From: an uncultured Flavobacteriales bacterium
GTDB lineage: Bacteria > Bacteroidota > Bacteroidia > Flavobacteriales_D > CALLUQ01
Length of the DNA stretch: 64,000 bases
Assembly (NCBI GenBank): GCA_938010565.1
Contig: CALLUQ010000069.1
Span: forward strand, 3,400 to 67,399
Reading direction: 5' to 3'
The position numbers and the translations under genes are program-made. The notes below the pieces were generated by a model that was not told the origin of the DNA, ran no database searches, and worked only from the letters and a program-made list of their open reading frames with translations. Each line of letters starts with the position of its first letter. Position 1 is the first letter of the stretch. Of the stretch, positions 16,613 to 25,867 are shown piece after piece.

Positions 16613-18651
16613 CCGGCTGGTGCAGGCATGCCAACCATCTGGTTTTTAAATGCATCGCCAATTTCCAGCCTGAGCAGGTAAGTGCCGTTTTTACCATACG
16701 ACCTCCAGTTGCAAAGCGGAGATGGGGAATAATTCAACCAATCGCTATGATACGCCGCAATGCCAAACCAGCCCATCGCATCCGGAGCAACCGATTTTTT
16801 ATGGGGAGTTCCGCCATCTTTTGTGATCCGGGGGTCGGTAATGTTTACCCAGTTTACGCCACCGTCATCGCTGTATTGGAAACGGTAATAGCTGGCTCCC
16901 GAAATGTTGAATACATTGCCTTTGGCTGCAACAATGCCTCCGAACGGCCGGTCGTAGGTACCCGGAATAAAACTTCCTCCGCTTAATTTAACAGCATAGC
17001 CTACGGCATCAATATCATCGACATGGATCTCATTAATGGTTTGCAATTCGCATGATCTGTTCTTAAGCGGCAGCGGCCGGAGCTGAATGGCGCAATCCAT
17101 GCGGTTCCCCCAGATGATCTTAAAGTCCGGATCAGATGGATTCGGCACCTGTTCCCACGAAAGCGTTGCCCTTACCCGAACAACGTTTTCCCTTTTACAA
17201 GACTTAAGCCGCTCTTTGATGTTTTTGATGCGCAAACTTCCGGCATAACAAATGGGCTTTTTTTCCGTACCCGAGATGTCGTGCGCTGCTACTTTTGCCA
17301 TGCCTTCGAACTCAAAAACACCCGTTCCCCAATCGATGTAAAACCCGATGTATTCCGTACTTCCGGAAGTACATAAACCACCGGAATAGCCCGTGGGCCG
17401 TTTGATCCGGAAGGTAGCTTCCAGCAGATCCAATTCAGGGTAAAGCCCCACACAAGTCAGTTCTTCATAAGAAGTATTGCCATCGTTTAAGTTTTCCTCC
17501 GGAAGGTATTGTTCAAAATTGGAAAGATCCAGATCTTCCAGCATTGCCGAAGGAAGCTGAAGCATGGCATTTTTAACTGCTTCGATATCCGACGAATCGC
17601 TGATGCCGCCGTAATAGTTCGGGTTTTTCGCAAGGTGGAGCGGAAAGTTAAAACGGTGCGTTTCAACCTTGTCAGGGTTTTTTGTTTTTGCTGCGATCGA
17701 TGTGTCTATGATCTCTGCTGCGGTTTTCAGTTTGGTCAGATCGTCGGGCAGTACAAAGCCGGAAGAAAGCGTTGGTATATCGGGAAAGAATGGGAAAAAC
17801 GGTTGGGGTAAGATCTGAACATAACATTCGATCACATTGCCCCATACGGGCTTAAAGTTGGGTCCGGTTGGTGCTTGTTCCCAGCTTAATATGGCGCGCA
17901 CTTTTAAGATCTGCGGCTTGTTGCAAGACCAACGTTCCGGATTAAATTCCTTGGTTACGGCATAACACAAATGATCTTCGGAAACATAATGGAGATCGTG
18001 GGTGTTCAATTCGGCCGGGGCACCAATGGAAACAAAAGTTCCATCGTCGTTAAAATCGACATAAAATGCTACGTATTCGGTGCTTCCGTCCTCACAAAGA
18101 GGGCCGCTGAAACCATACGGTAATTTCACTTTAAAAATGGCTTCCAGCTCCTGCTTTTCAGGGTAATAACCAAGGCACTCCAGTTCCTCATAGCGGGTAC
18201 TGCCATCCTGGTCGTTGTTCGGGCCTTCAGCAAAAACGGTACTGATCTGATTAAAATAATCGGGGTTGATGGCGATCAGATCTTTGAACTGTGTCCGTTT
18301 GTTTTCCACCGGTACATCTTCGAGAAGATCTTCGGATAATTCAAGCACAAATTTTTCGCTTTTAGCCGCCTTTGTTCTTACACTGTCGCGGGTGGTGTAG
18401 ATTACATCGCCTTGTTTGTTGCGTATCTGGAGGTAAAGGTCCGGTCGTGTTTTCCAGAAATCATCTCCAAAATTCTTTTTGTCATAAACAATACGGGCTT
18501 TGCCCTCGGCATCGGTTACTGCGGTGCCTACACGATCATCCTGAAAAAGATCTTTATCCAGTGCTTCCACCGAAAGGCCTTCCAACCCTTTACCGGAGCT
18601 TTTTCCTTTTATGGAAACTTCTACTACAAAGTCATTTTTGTGGGTTGCCAT
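16537..18651 (-). CDS. large hypothetical protein, no signal peptide; N-terminal beta-sandwich-like domain, two copies of a ~130-aa five-Cys module and an Asp-box region; reading frame breaks near 16643-16647
   Basis: The N-terminus DKDLFQDDRVGTAVTDAEGKARIVY...RPDLYLQI is transthyretin/CarboxypepD_reg-like. Internal repeats span aa ~152-280 and ~394-524 (YEELxCxGxYPE...LEAxF...GYSGxLC...GSTEY..FY.D...HD...CYA...SC...VRAxLSWEQ.P...FK..WGN...C..Q). One Asp-box is present (YSDDGGVNW). The last ~35 codons of this ORF look out of frame. Confidence 0.65.
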   Translation of the reverse strand: MATHKNDFVVEVSIKGKSSGKGLEGLSVEALDKDLFQDDRVGTAVTDAEGKARIVYDKKNFGDDFWKTRPDLYLQIRNKQGDVIYTTRDSVRTKAAKSEKFVLELSEDLLEDVPVENKRTQFKDLIAINPDYFNQISTVFAEGPNNDQDGSTRYEELECLGYYPEKQELEAIFKVKLPYGFSGPLCEDGSTEYVAFYVDFNDDGTFVSIGAPAELNTHDLHYVSEDHLCYAVTKEFNPERWSCNKPQILKVRAILSWEQAPTGPNFKPVWGNVIECYVQILPQPFFPFFPDIPTLSSGFVLPDDLTKLKTAAEIIDTSIAAKTKNPDKVETHRFNFPLHLAKNPNYYGGISDSSDIEAVKNAMLQLPSAMLEDLDLSNFEQYLPEENLNDGNTSYEELTCVGLYPELDLLEATFRIKRPTGYSGGLCTSGSTEYIGFYIDWGTGVFEFEGMAKVAAHDISGTEKKPICYAGSLRIKNIKERLKSCKRENVVRVRATLSWEQVPNPSDPDFKIIWGNRMDCAIQLRPLPLKNRSCELQTINEIHVDDIDAVGYAVKLSGGSFIPGTYDRPFGGIVAAKGNVFNISGASYYRFQYSDDGGVNWVNITDPRITKDGGTPHKKSVAPDAMGWFGIAAYHSDWLNYSPSPLCNWRSYGKNGTYLLRLEIGDAFKNQMVGMPAPAGWRWTIPMLICINLSGLRCPTQAFR

Positions 18652-18868
18652 AATAAATTGGGTTTAACTATTTATAAAATTCAGAAGGATGACGCAACAG
18701 GAGTGATCTTTTCCATTTTCCAAGTTTCGGAATGTGAACAACTTGCGAATGTAGCACTACTGCTACGGGGCTTTTACCAATTTCCCAAAACAAAAGCTGC
18801 CCTTTCCCAATGTAAAAATGAACGAAGACTCGTCGTATAGGTAGGAAAAGGATGATTTCTTCTTTACT

Positions 18869-19507
18869 TTGGAAATTTTTAACCGAAGTAGCCTTTTGAA
18901 ACGCTTTTTCCAAAACACCAGAAAAGATCGTGCAGACTACAGCCAAATCTCCGATCAGGATTTGGTAAAACAGTTTCAGGAGCAAGAAGATAACACTTGT
19001 ATTCTGGAGTTGATGGATCGTTATGCGGATCTGATCTCAGGATTGTGTTACCGTTATTTTGACGATCAGGAAGATGTAAAAGACTTTACCAGTGAGTTGT
19101 TTATAAAGTTAAGCCGGCAATTGAAAAAGTTAAATACGGATGAAGTACGGAATTTTAACGGTTGGTTGTACACTTACATCAAACATAGAATTCTGGACCA
19201 GCTGAGAAAGGCAAAAACCTATCGGAATTATAAACAAGGCTACGGGCTGGAAGTTGTAAAATACGAAAAACCGGACGAAGGCGTACTGCAATTGGACCGG
19301 GAGAAATTATACCACAGCATGACCCGGCTATCGGCCAATGAAAAGTTGTGTGTGGAGTTAATTTACCTGCAGGAACGGACGTATCAGGAAATTATGAAAG
19401 AACATGGATTTTCGTTTAACCAGGTGCGAGGGTTCCGGGATCGTGGGGTCACGAAGTTAAAAACCTTGTTAAAAGAAGATTTTGAAACGTATTTCAAAGA
19501 CCTCTGA
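18869..19507 (+). CDS. RNA polymerase sigma factor, ECF-type (sigma-70 regions 2 and 4)
   Basis: Region 2-like DQDLVKQFQEQ...LMDRYADLISGLCYRYF...DVKDFTSELFIKL. Region 4-like LSANEKLCVELIYLQERTYQEIMKEHGFSFNQVRGFRDRGVTKLK. The TTG start at 18869 is uncertain (alternative TTG 18896). Confidence 0.8.
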   Translation: MEIFNRSSLLKRFFQNTRKDRADYSQISDQDLVKQFQEQEDNTCILELMDRYADLISGLCYRYFDDQEDVKDFTSELFIKLSRQLKKLNTDEVRNFNGWLYTYIKHRILDQLRKAKTYRNYKQGYGLEVVKYEKPDEGVLQLDREKLYHSMTRLSANEKLCVELIYLQERTYQEIMKEHGFSFNQVRGFRDRGVTKLKTLLKEDFETYFKDL

Positions 19508-20208
19508 TGGCAACAAAAGAAAATACCCATATTGACACTGGCCACAAGCCATATACACTCGAAGAGATGTTTGGTGTGCTGGACCAGGAGCCTTCGCCCG
19601 AAACCGGGCATCGGATAACGGAACCTTTGCAGAACGATCCTGTGGGCCTTGGTACGCTGGATGCTCTGGATCGCGATCCTGCTCCGGTTCGGGAAAAACA
19701 GGCAAAAGTCCTGAATTTTCGCGCCGTTTTTAAGGAGGAAGTAGATCGTTTGAAAAAAAAGGAAAGCATTTCTTCCGCTGCCTCCTTCCCTGTGCACTTT
19801 TATAAAGTGGCAGCCATTCTGCTGGTGCTCATCAACGTAGGGGTTTTCGGCTATTTTCTTTCCGATCAAAATCAGAAAAATGCTTTTGTGCCTTATGATC
19901 TTTCGCAGGATATAGCCCGAGGGCATATGCCCGAAGATACCGGTTTTGAGTTGGGTGTGAAACATTATCGGGATAAAAAGTACCGGGAAGCCATTGCTGC
20001 ATTTGATCAATTGCCTGCCGATCACCCCATGATGGAAAAAGCCCTTTTTCTCAAAGCCAATGCCAATATTGGGTTGGATCAGCCGGAAGAGGCACTGGTA
20101 ATTTTTGAAGAAATGCTGGAACACAAAAACTGGTTCCTTTACCGCCCGCATATCTATAAAAGCATGGCCGCTGCTCAGAAGCGGGTCGAAGCCAAAGCCG
20201 CCGGATAA
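19507..20208 (+). CDS. single-pass membrane protein with TPR-like C-terminal domain (putative anti-sigma/partner)
   Basis: Its ATG overlaps the sigma stop (TGATG at 19505-19509). One TM helix (VAAILLVLINVGVFGYFL). The C-terminus is TPR-like (GVKHYRDKKYREAIAAFDQL...EEALVIFEEML). Confidence 0.55.
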   Translation: MATKENTHIDTGHKPYTLEEMFGVLDQEPSPETGHRITEPLQNDPVGLGTLDALDRDPAPVREKQAKVLNFRAVFKEEVDRLKKKESISSAASFPVHFYKVAAILLVLINVGVFGYFLSDQNQKNAFVPYDLSQDIARGHMPEDTGFELGVKHYRDKKYREAIAAFDQLPADHPMMEKALFLKANANIGLDQPEEALVIFEEMLEHKNWFLYRPHIYKSMAAAQKRVEAKAAG

Positions 20209-20354
20209 CGCAAGGGGCACTGTGAAATCTTTCCGGAACTTTTGGCAGCGTTGCCTTTCCATGCATCCCAACAGCATTCGCTTACTCTTCGATCAATCCG
20301 ATCCTTCTTTTTATAGTTCAAATCGTCACCCCTCTGAGCTGGTGGCAAGCATGA

Positions 20355-23300
20355 TCACTTCCCGTGGCATTGTTTGTATTTTTTGCCGCTTCCGCATGGG
20401 CAAGGATCGTTCCGGCCTACCTTCTTGCCGATCCGGATGGGTTGTACCTTCTGTTGCCGCTGCGGAGGAGGGGCGGTAGCAACTCTGCCTCCCGTTGTTG
20501 CAGAATCATTTACCGGGTTGCGGTTGGTTTGTATGCGTTTTTGTTCTTCTTCTCTTTGGCGGCGTGTCCTTTCCAACTGACGCTGATCCGGTTGCGGCGT
20601 GTTCCCATCCTGATTTACAGGAATTTCAGCACGAAAAAGGAAAGAAATCGTATCCTGGCTGATTTTTTCGATCATTTCCCGGAAAAGCTTGAACGACTCA
20701 AACTTATAAATCAAAAGAGGGTCTTTTTGTTCGTATTGAGCCTGGCGTACATTGGTACGTAAATCGTCCATTTCACGCAAGTGCTCCTTCCATGCCTGAT
20801 CGATCAAACTCATGGAAATGCCCTTTTCCAGGTCATGGGTCAATGCTTTTCCTTCTGATTCATAGGCTTTTTTCAGGTCGGCTGTGATGTTCATTTGCCG
20901 GCGGCCATCTGAGAAAGGAATGCTGATGGTTTCATACTTGTTTCCTTCGTTTTCAACCACACTTTTAAGTACCGGCCATGCTTTTTCGGCAATGGCTTCG
21001 TTCTTGCGTTTGTAGCTTTTCAGAAGCGCATGATATAACGCATCTCCTATTTCGGAGGGGGTGCTTTTTTTGTATTCTTCTTCCGAAAGAGGGGGCTGCA
21101 TAGAAAGGTTCTTCAACACCTCCAAACGGAAGTCGGTGTAGTTGCCAAACTCTTTCGAATCTTCTGCAACGTTGTTACAGATGTCTTGGAACATGTTAGC
21201 GATATCCACCTCCAGCCGTTCCCCGTGTAAGGCATGGCGTCTTTTTTTATAGATCACTTCCCGCTGCATGTTCATTACATCATCGTATTCCAGCAGATGT
21301 TTTCGTATTCCGAAGTTGTTTTCTTCTACCTTCTTTTGGGCCCTTTCAATGGATTTGGTGATCATGGAATGTTGAATGACCTCCCCTTCTTTCAACCCAA
21401 GGCGATCCATCATTTTGGCAATCCGTTCCGAACCAAATAAACGCATCAAATTGTCTTCCAGCGAAACGAAAAACTGAGAAGAACCCGAGTCTCCCTGTCG
21501 GCCTGCACGACCCCGTAACTGGCGGTCAACCCGGCGGGAATCGTGACGTTCGGTACCAATAATGGCCAAACCACCAGCCGCTTTTACCCCTTCTCCGAGT
21601 TTAATATCGGTACCACGCCCTGCCATGTTGGTCGCAATGGTAACGGCACCGGCCACACCGGCAGAGGCCACAATTTCCGATTCTCGTTGGTGCATTTTTG
21701 CATTCAACACATTGTGTTCAACCCCTTTTTGTTTCAAAATACGGCTGAGGAGTTCGGAAACTTCTACCGAGGTTGTACCCACCAGCACAGGACGCCCGGC
21801 ATCGCGCAATGCAACAATCTCATCGATCACCGCATTGTATTTTTCACGAGTGGTTTTGTAAACCTTGTCTTGCTCATCTTTCCGGATCACGGGGCGGTTG
21901 GTGGGTACCATTACTACGTCTAGTTCGTAGATGTCCCAAAGTTCTTTTGCTTCGGTTTCCGCAGTACCGGTCATTCCGGCAAGTTTATGGTACATCCGGA
22001 AATAATTCTGCAATGTAATGGTGGCGTAAGTTTGTGTAGCCGCTTCAATTTTTACCTGCTCCTTGGCTTCAATGGCCTGATGCAAACCATCGGAATAGCG
22101 TCGGCCTTCCATGATCCGGCCGGTTTGCTCATCCACGATCTTAACCTTGCCTTCTATGACCACATATTCCACATCTTTTTCGAAGAGCGTATAGGCTTTC
22201 AGCAATTGGTTCATGGAGTGGATCCGTTCCGATTTGGCACCAAATTCACGCGAAAGGGCCTCTTTAGCGGCCAGTTTTTCTTCGTCGGTTTCGTTGGAAT
22301 TGTCGATCTCAACTATTTTTCCGCCGATATCGGGCATGATGTAAAAATCGGCTTCCGCAGCAGAACCGGAAATCAGGTCCACCCCTTTTTCGCCCAACTC
22401 AATGGAGTTGTTCTTTTCGTCGATAACGAAGTAAAGTTCGGCGTCCACCGTAGGCATTTCTTTCGCCTGGTCTTGCAGGTAATGGTTTTCCGTTTTTTGT
22501 AAATGTTGGCGTATGCCGGGTTCGCTCAGGAATTTAATAAGGGCTTTGTTTCGGGGAAGTCCGCGATGGGCTCGAAGCAGTGCCAGACCACCGGCAGTTA
22601 AACTTTCTTTATCTACAGAGCCATCATCAATCCCTTTGAGGTATTTTTTTGCATCGGTGAGCAAAGTGGTTACCAATTTACGCTGGGCACCGAACAGCTT
22701 TTCCACCTTGGGCTTTAGTTCACTGTATTCGTGTTGGTCGCCACGTGGAGTGGGGCCTGAAATGATCAGGGGGGTTCGCGCATCATCAATCAAAACGGAA
22801 TCCACCTCATCTACAATTGCATAGTGGTGTTTTTGTTGTACCAACTGCCCGGGGTTGGTGGCCATGTTGTCACGAAGGTAATCGAAGCCGAACTCGTTGT
22901 TGGTTCCGTAAATGATATCCTTTTTATAGGCGGCTCTTCGCTCGGAACTGTTGGGTTGGTGTTTATCAATGCAGTCCACGCTCAAACCGTGCCATTCCAT
23001 TATAGGTCCCATCCATTCGGAATCCCGCTTTGCGAGGTAATCGTTTACGGTTACAATATGTACCCCTTTACCGGCAAGGGCATTGAGGTAAATGGGCATG
23101 GTAGCCACCAGGGTTTTACCTTCACCCGTTTGCATTTCAGCCACTTTACCCTGGTGGAGTGTCATCCCGCCAATGATCTGAACATCGTAATGAAGCATGT
23201 CCCAATTGACTTCCGAACCTCCGGCAAGCCACTTGGTTTCCCATATGGCCATTTCTCCTTCAATTGAAATGCCGGATCGGGTAGCTGCCAGTTCGCGGTC

Positions 23301-23714
23301 AAATGCAGTAGCCCTTACCTCGATGGCTTCGTTTTCTTTAAACCGATGAGCAGTCTCTTTTATTACTGCAAAAGCTTCCGGAGCAATTTCAAGCAAAATG
23401 TCTTCCAGTTTGCCATCCATGCCTTTTTTCAACGCATCGACCTCTTTGTAGATGTTGTCTTTTTCCTCGAAAGATGTTTCCGGTTTTTCGGCGTGCTTTT
23501 CCAACTCGGCAACCTGGTCTTCGTCTTCCCGAAGGTGTTCGGCAATGCGTTGTTTTAAAGCAGTGGTGCGAGTACGCAACTCATCGTTGGAAAGGTTTTG
23601 AAGTTTTGCGTATGCCTCATTCGTTGCATCAACGATGGGCATCAGCTCTTTTAGATCTCTTTCCGACTTATCGCCGAAAACCTTTTTTAATATGTTTGTG
23701 ATGTTGCCAAGCAT
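20355..23714 (-). CDS. secA: preprotein translocase ATPase SecA
   Basis: Motifs MQTGEGKTLVA, DEVDSVLIDDARTPLIISG, TNMAGRGTDIKLG, and the C-terminal zinc finger CPCGSGKKYKQCHG. Confidence 0.97.
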   Translation of the reverse strand: MLGNITNILKKVFGDKSERDLKELMPIVDATNEAYAKLQNLSNDELRTRTTALKQRIAEHLREDEDQVAELEKHAEKPETSFEEKDNIYKEVDALKKGMDGKLEDILLEIAPEAFAVIKETAHRFKENEAIEVRATAFDRELAATRSGISIEGEMAIWETKWLAGGSEVNWDMLHYDVQIIGGMTLHQGKVAEMQTGEGKTLVATMPIYLNALAGKGVHIVTVNDYLAKRDSEWMGPIMEWHGLSVDCIDKHQPNSSERRAAYKKDIIYGTNNEFGFDYLRDNMATNPGQLVQQKHHYAIVDEVDSVLIDDARTPLIISGPTPRGDQHEYSELKPKVEKLFGAQRKLVTTLLTDAKKYLKGIDDGSVDKESLTAGGLALLRAHRGLPRNKALIKFLSEPGIRQHLQKTENHYLQDQAKEMPTVDAELYFVIDEKNNSIELGEKGVDLISGSAAEADFYIMPDIGGKIVEIDNSNETDEEKLAAKEALSREFGAKSERIHSMNQLLKAYTLFEKDVEYVVIEGKVKIVDEQTGRIMEGRRYSDGLHQAIEAKEQVKIEAATQTYATITLQNYFRMYHKLAGMTGTAETEAKELWDIYELDVVMVPTNRPVIRKDEQDKVYKTTREKYNAVIDEIVALRDAGRPVLVGTTSVEVSELLSRILKQKGVEHNVLNAKMHQRESEIVASAGVAGAVTIATNMAGRGTDIKLGEGVKAAGGLAIIGTERHDSRRVDRQLRGRAGRQGDSGSSQFFVSLEDNLMRLFGSERIAKMMDRLGLKEGEVIQHSMITKSIERAQKKVEENNFGIRKHLLEYDDVMNMQREVIYKKRRHALHGERLEVDIANMFQDICNNVAEDSKEFGNYTDFRLEVLKNLSMQPPLSEEEYKKSTPSEIGDALYHALLKSYKRKNEAIAEKAWPVLKSVVENEGNKYETISIPFSDGRRQMNITADLKKAYESEGKALTHDLEKGISMSLIDQAWKEHLREMDDLRTNVRQAQYEQKDPLLIYKFESFKLFREMIEKISQDTISFLFRAEIPVNQDGNTPQPDQRQLERTRRQREEEQKRIQTNRNPVNDSATTGGRVATAPPPQRQQKVQPIRIGKKVGRNDPCPCGSGKKYKQCHGK

Positions 23715-23790
23715 AAGCTACTTCTGGTTTTTTACCGTTTCCGGTGGGGAATGCAAAAATAGGTTATTTCCTCGTAAGAGGATGTGTTTA

Positions 23791-23824
23791 AAAGAAAAAG
23801 GCTGCCTCACATGCGAGACAGCCT
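23791..23824 (-). terminator. Rho-independent terminator after the DUF2795 gene
   Basis: Stem AGGCTGTCTC/GAGGCAGCCT on the minus strand (one mismatch), followed by TTTTTCTTTT, about 30 nt after the stop at 23856. Confidence 0.55.
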
Positions 23825-23855
23825 CTTCTATATCTTTTCCGAAGGAAATATCATG

Positions 23856-24077
23856 TCAGTACTCGTCTTCATTAAAGAAGAAATCTTCCTTGGAAGGATA
23901 ATCCGGCCAAATGTCTTCAATGGTTTCATAGACATCGCCTTCATCTTCGATAGCCTGTAGGTTTTCAACAACCTCAAGTGGGGCACCGGTACGCATGGCA
24001 AAATCAATCAATTCATCCTTGCTTGCCGGCCAAGGGGCATCTTCCAGATAGGAAGCCAATTCCAAGGTCCAATACAT
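23856..24077 (-). CDS. DUF2795-domain protein
   Basis: 73 aa. YLEDAPWPASKDELIDFAMRTGAPLEVVENLQAI matches the DUF2795 pattern as I recall it. Confidence 0.75.
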   Translation of the reverse strand: MYWTLELASYLEDAPWPASKDELIDFAMRTGAPLEVVENLQAIEDEGDVYETIEDIWPDYPSKEDFFFNEDEY

Positions 24078-24204
24078 AGTCCAGCAATTTTATTCTTACT
24101 GTAGTTTAAAACGCAAAAGTAACTGATTTGTTTACAAAAACAACTAATTTTTTTGTATTCGGAAATTTTTACACAAAACGCTTATTATTAGCTGGTTATG
24201 ACGA

Positions 24205-24753
24205 CTACATTCTGGGCTTCCACAAAATTTCTTCCGTTTCAAGCACTTGTGCAAGGGCTCTGGCAAGCACAAACAGGTAATCCGAAAGGCGGTTCAGATA
24301 GCGAATGGCGATTTCGGGAGTGGGAGAATGGTCTGAAAGTTGAATGGTTGCTCTTTCTGCTCTGCGGCAAACACAACGTGCAATGTGTGCATAACTGACC
24401 ACGGGATGGCCACCGGGCAACACGAAAGAACGCATCTCAGGAAGGGTTGCATCCATACGGTCAATTTCTTCTTCGAGATAAAAGATGTCTGCATCCAGAA
24501 TGGGAGGCAATTTCATCCGGCTTTTTTCCGGGTCGGCCGCCAACTGACTGCCCAGCGTAAACAAACGGTCTTGTATTTCGATGAGCGTTTTTTTGATCCC
24601 TTCGTCAGGTGCATGATCACGCAACAAACCCATCCATGAGTTCACTTCATCTACAGTGCCATAGGCTTCTATTCGAATGTCGTATTTAGGAACACGTGTT
24701 CCGCCAATCAACGAAGTTTTTCCTTTGTCGCCTCCACGGGTGTATACTTTCAT
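24205..24753 (-). CDS. ATP:cob(I)alamin adenosyltransferase, PduO-type
   Basis: N-terminus [39 protein letters not shown]-like, ~180 aa, with the C-terminal [13 protein letters not shown] motif. Confidence 0.9.
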   Translation of the reverse strand: [182 protein letters not shown]

Positions 24754-24808
24754 AAGCTGTTAAAATAGGAATGGAAAAGTAAGGGTCTTTTTTGAGAAAA
24801 ACAGGGTC

Positions 24809-25510
24809 TTATTCCGTTTTAATATCGGGATTTCTTTCGTCGCTTTCGATCTTGCCATCGCGTAAGCGGATGATCCGATGGGCATATCGGGCAATGTGCT
24901 CTTCGTGGGTAACCAAAATAATGGTATTGCCGGATTGGTGAATGTTGGAAAACAAGGCCATAATGTTCTGAGAGGTATGGCTATCGAGATTACCCGTTGG
25001 TTCATCGGCCAGGATGATGGAAGGAGAGTTGACCAATGCACGGGCCACAGCTACCCTTTGTCGCTGCCCGCCTGATAGTTCATTGGGTTTGTGTTCCATG
25101 CGATTTTCCAGGCTGACCTGAGCAAGTACCTCTTTGCCCCGGCGGTCACGCGTTGCTTTGTTCACTCCTGCATACACCATCGGCAGAGATACATTTTCCA
25201 GTGCAGAATAGCGCGGAAGTAAGTTAAACGTTTGAAAAACAAAACCAATTTCACGGTTGCGGATCTCGGCCAGTTTACGATCGGTCATCACACCGACATT
25301 CTGCCCGCCAATATGATATAATCCTTTCGAGGGGGTATCCAGGCAACCAAGAATGTTCATCAATGTGGACTTTCCACTGCCGGAGGGGCCCATCAATGCA
25401 ACGTATTCGTTTTTGCGAATATGGAGTGACACACCGTCGAGTGCCCGCACCTCTACGTTTCCAACGTGGTATATTTTGCTGATGTTTTCGATTTTAATGA
25501 CAGGATCCAT
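24809..25510 (-). CDS. ABC transporter ATP-binding protein (MacB/LolD/FtsE-like)
   Basis: Walker [10 protein letters not shown], signature [15 protein letters not shown], Walker [13 protein letters not shown]. Confidence 0.9.
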   Translation of the reverse strand: MDPVIKIENISKIYHVGNVEVRALDGVSLHIRKNEYVALMGPSGSGKSTLMNILGCLDTPSKGLYHIGGQNVGVMTDRKLAEIRNREIGFVFQTFNLLPRYSALENVSLPMVYAGVNKATRDRRGKEVLAQVSLENRMEHKPNELSGGQRQRVAVARALVNSPSIILADEPTGNLDSHTSQNIMALFSNIHQSGNTIILVTHEEHIARYAHRIIRLRDGKIESDERNPDIKTE

Positions 25511-25867
25511 ACGGATATAAAGTTAATTGCTTCACGAAATAAAAAGGGGTAATTTGTCGGGGCTCGTTTGGCTTGTTCCCGTATCGGAAAAGTGGAGTAA
25601 TAGTCGGTTCGGTCTTTGAAAAAATGGTGTTTCGTTTTCTGCCGTTCAACGATAAATTTTCCTCCTTGTTCGTTGGTGCAGTAGAAATCAAAAATTGCTT
25701 GATGGTCATTATTTGAGGTAAGTCAGTTCTGTAATGTTTCCTTACTCTTCTTTGAGCAATTCATTTAGAAAGTCTCGCAACAGATCTTTGTTGGGTTCTT
25801 CTCCAAAGAGTTTCTTAAATCCAAAATCGGTGAAAGGGTAGACATACTTTTCAACAAATTCTGCCAT
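25500..25867 (-). pseudogene. Rpn/PD-(D/E)XK nuclease-family putative transposase, N-terminal fragment with stop and frameshifts
   Basis: A 41-codon ORF at 25742-25867 reads MAEFVEKYVYPFTDFGFKKLFGEEPNKDLLRDFLNELLKEE-stop. Downstream in another frame: DHQAIFDFYCTNEQGGKFIVERQKTKHHFFKDRTDYYSTFPIREQAK. Both match the conserved N-terminus of this Bacteroidota family (from memory). Homology stops at the ABC gene start. Confidence 0.75.

Noticed and set aside
16643-16650. Programmed -1 ribosomal frameshift at TTTAAAAAC
   Set aside because: In the zero frame the codons are UUU AAA AAC. That does not give an X XXY YYZ heptamer in register (it reads U AAA AAC), and I found no obvious downstream pseudoknot by eye. 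A 1-nt homopolymer indel is the simpler explanation.
19384-20277. 297-aa minus-strand ORF overlapping the sigma partner gene
   Set aside because: The plus-strand gene has start/stop coupling to the sigma gene, a clean TM helix and TPR-like repeats. The minus-strand translation has no motifs and overlaps two genes.
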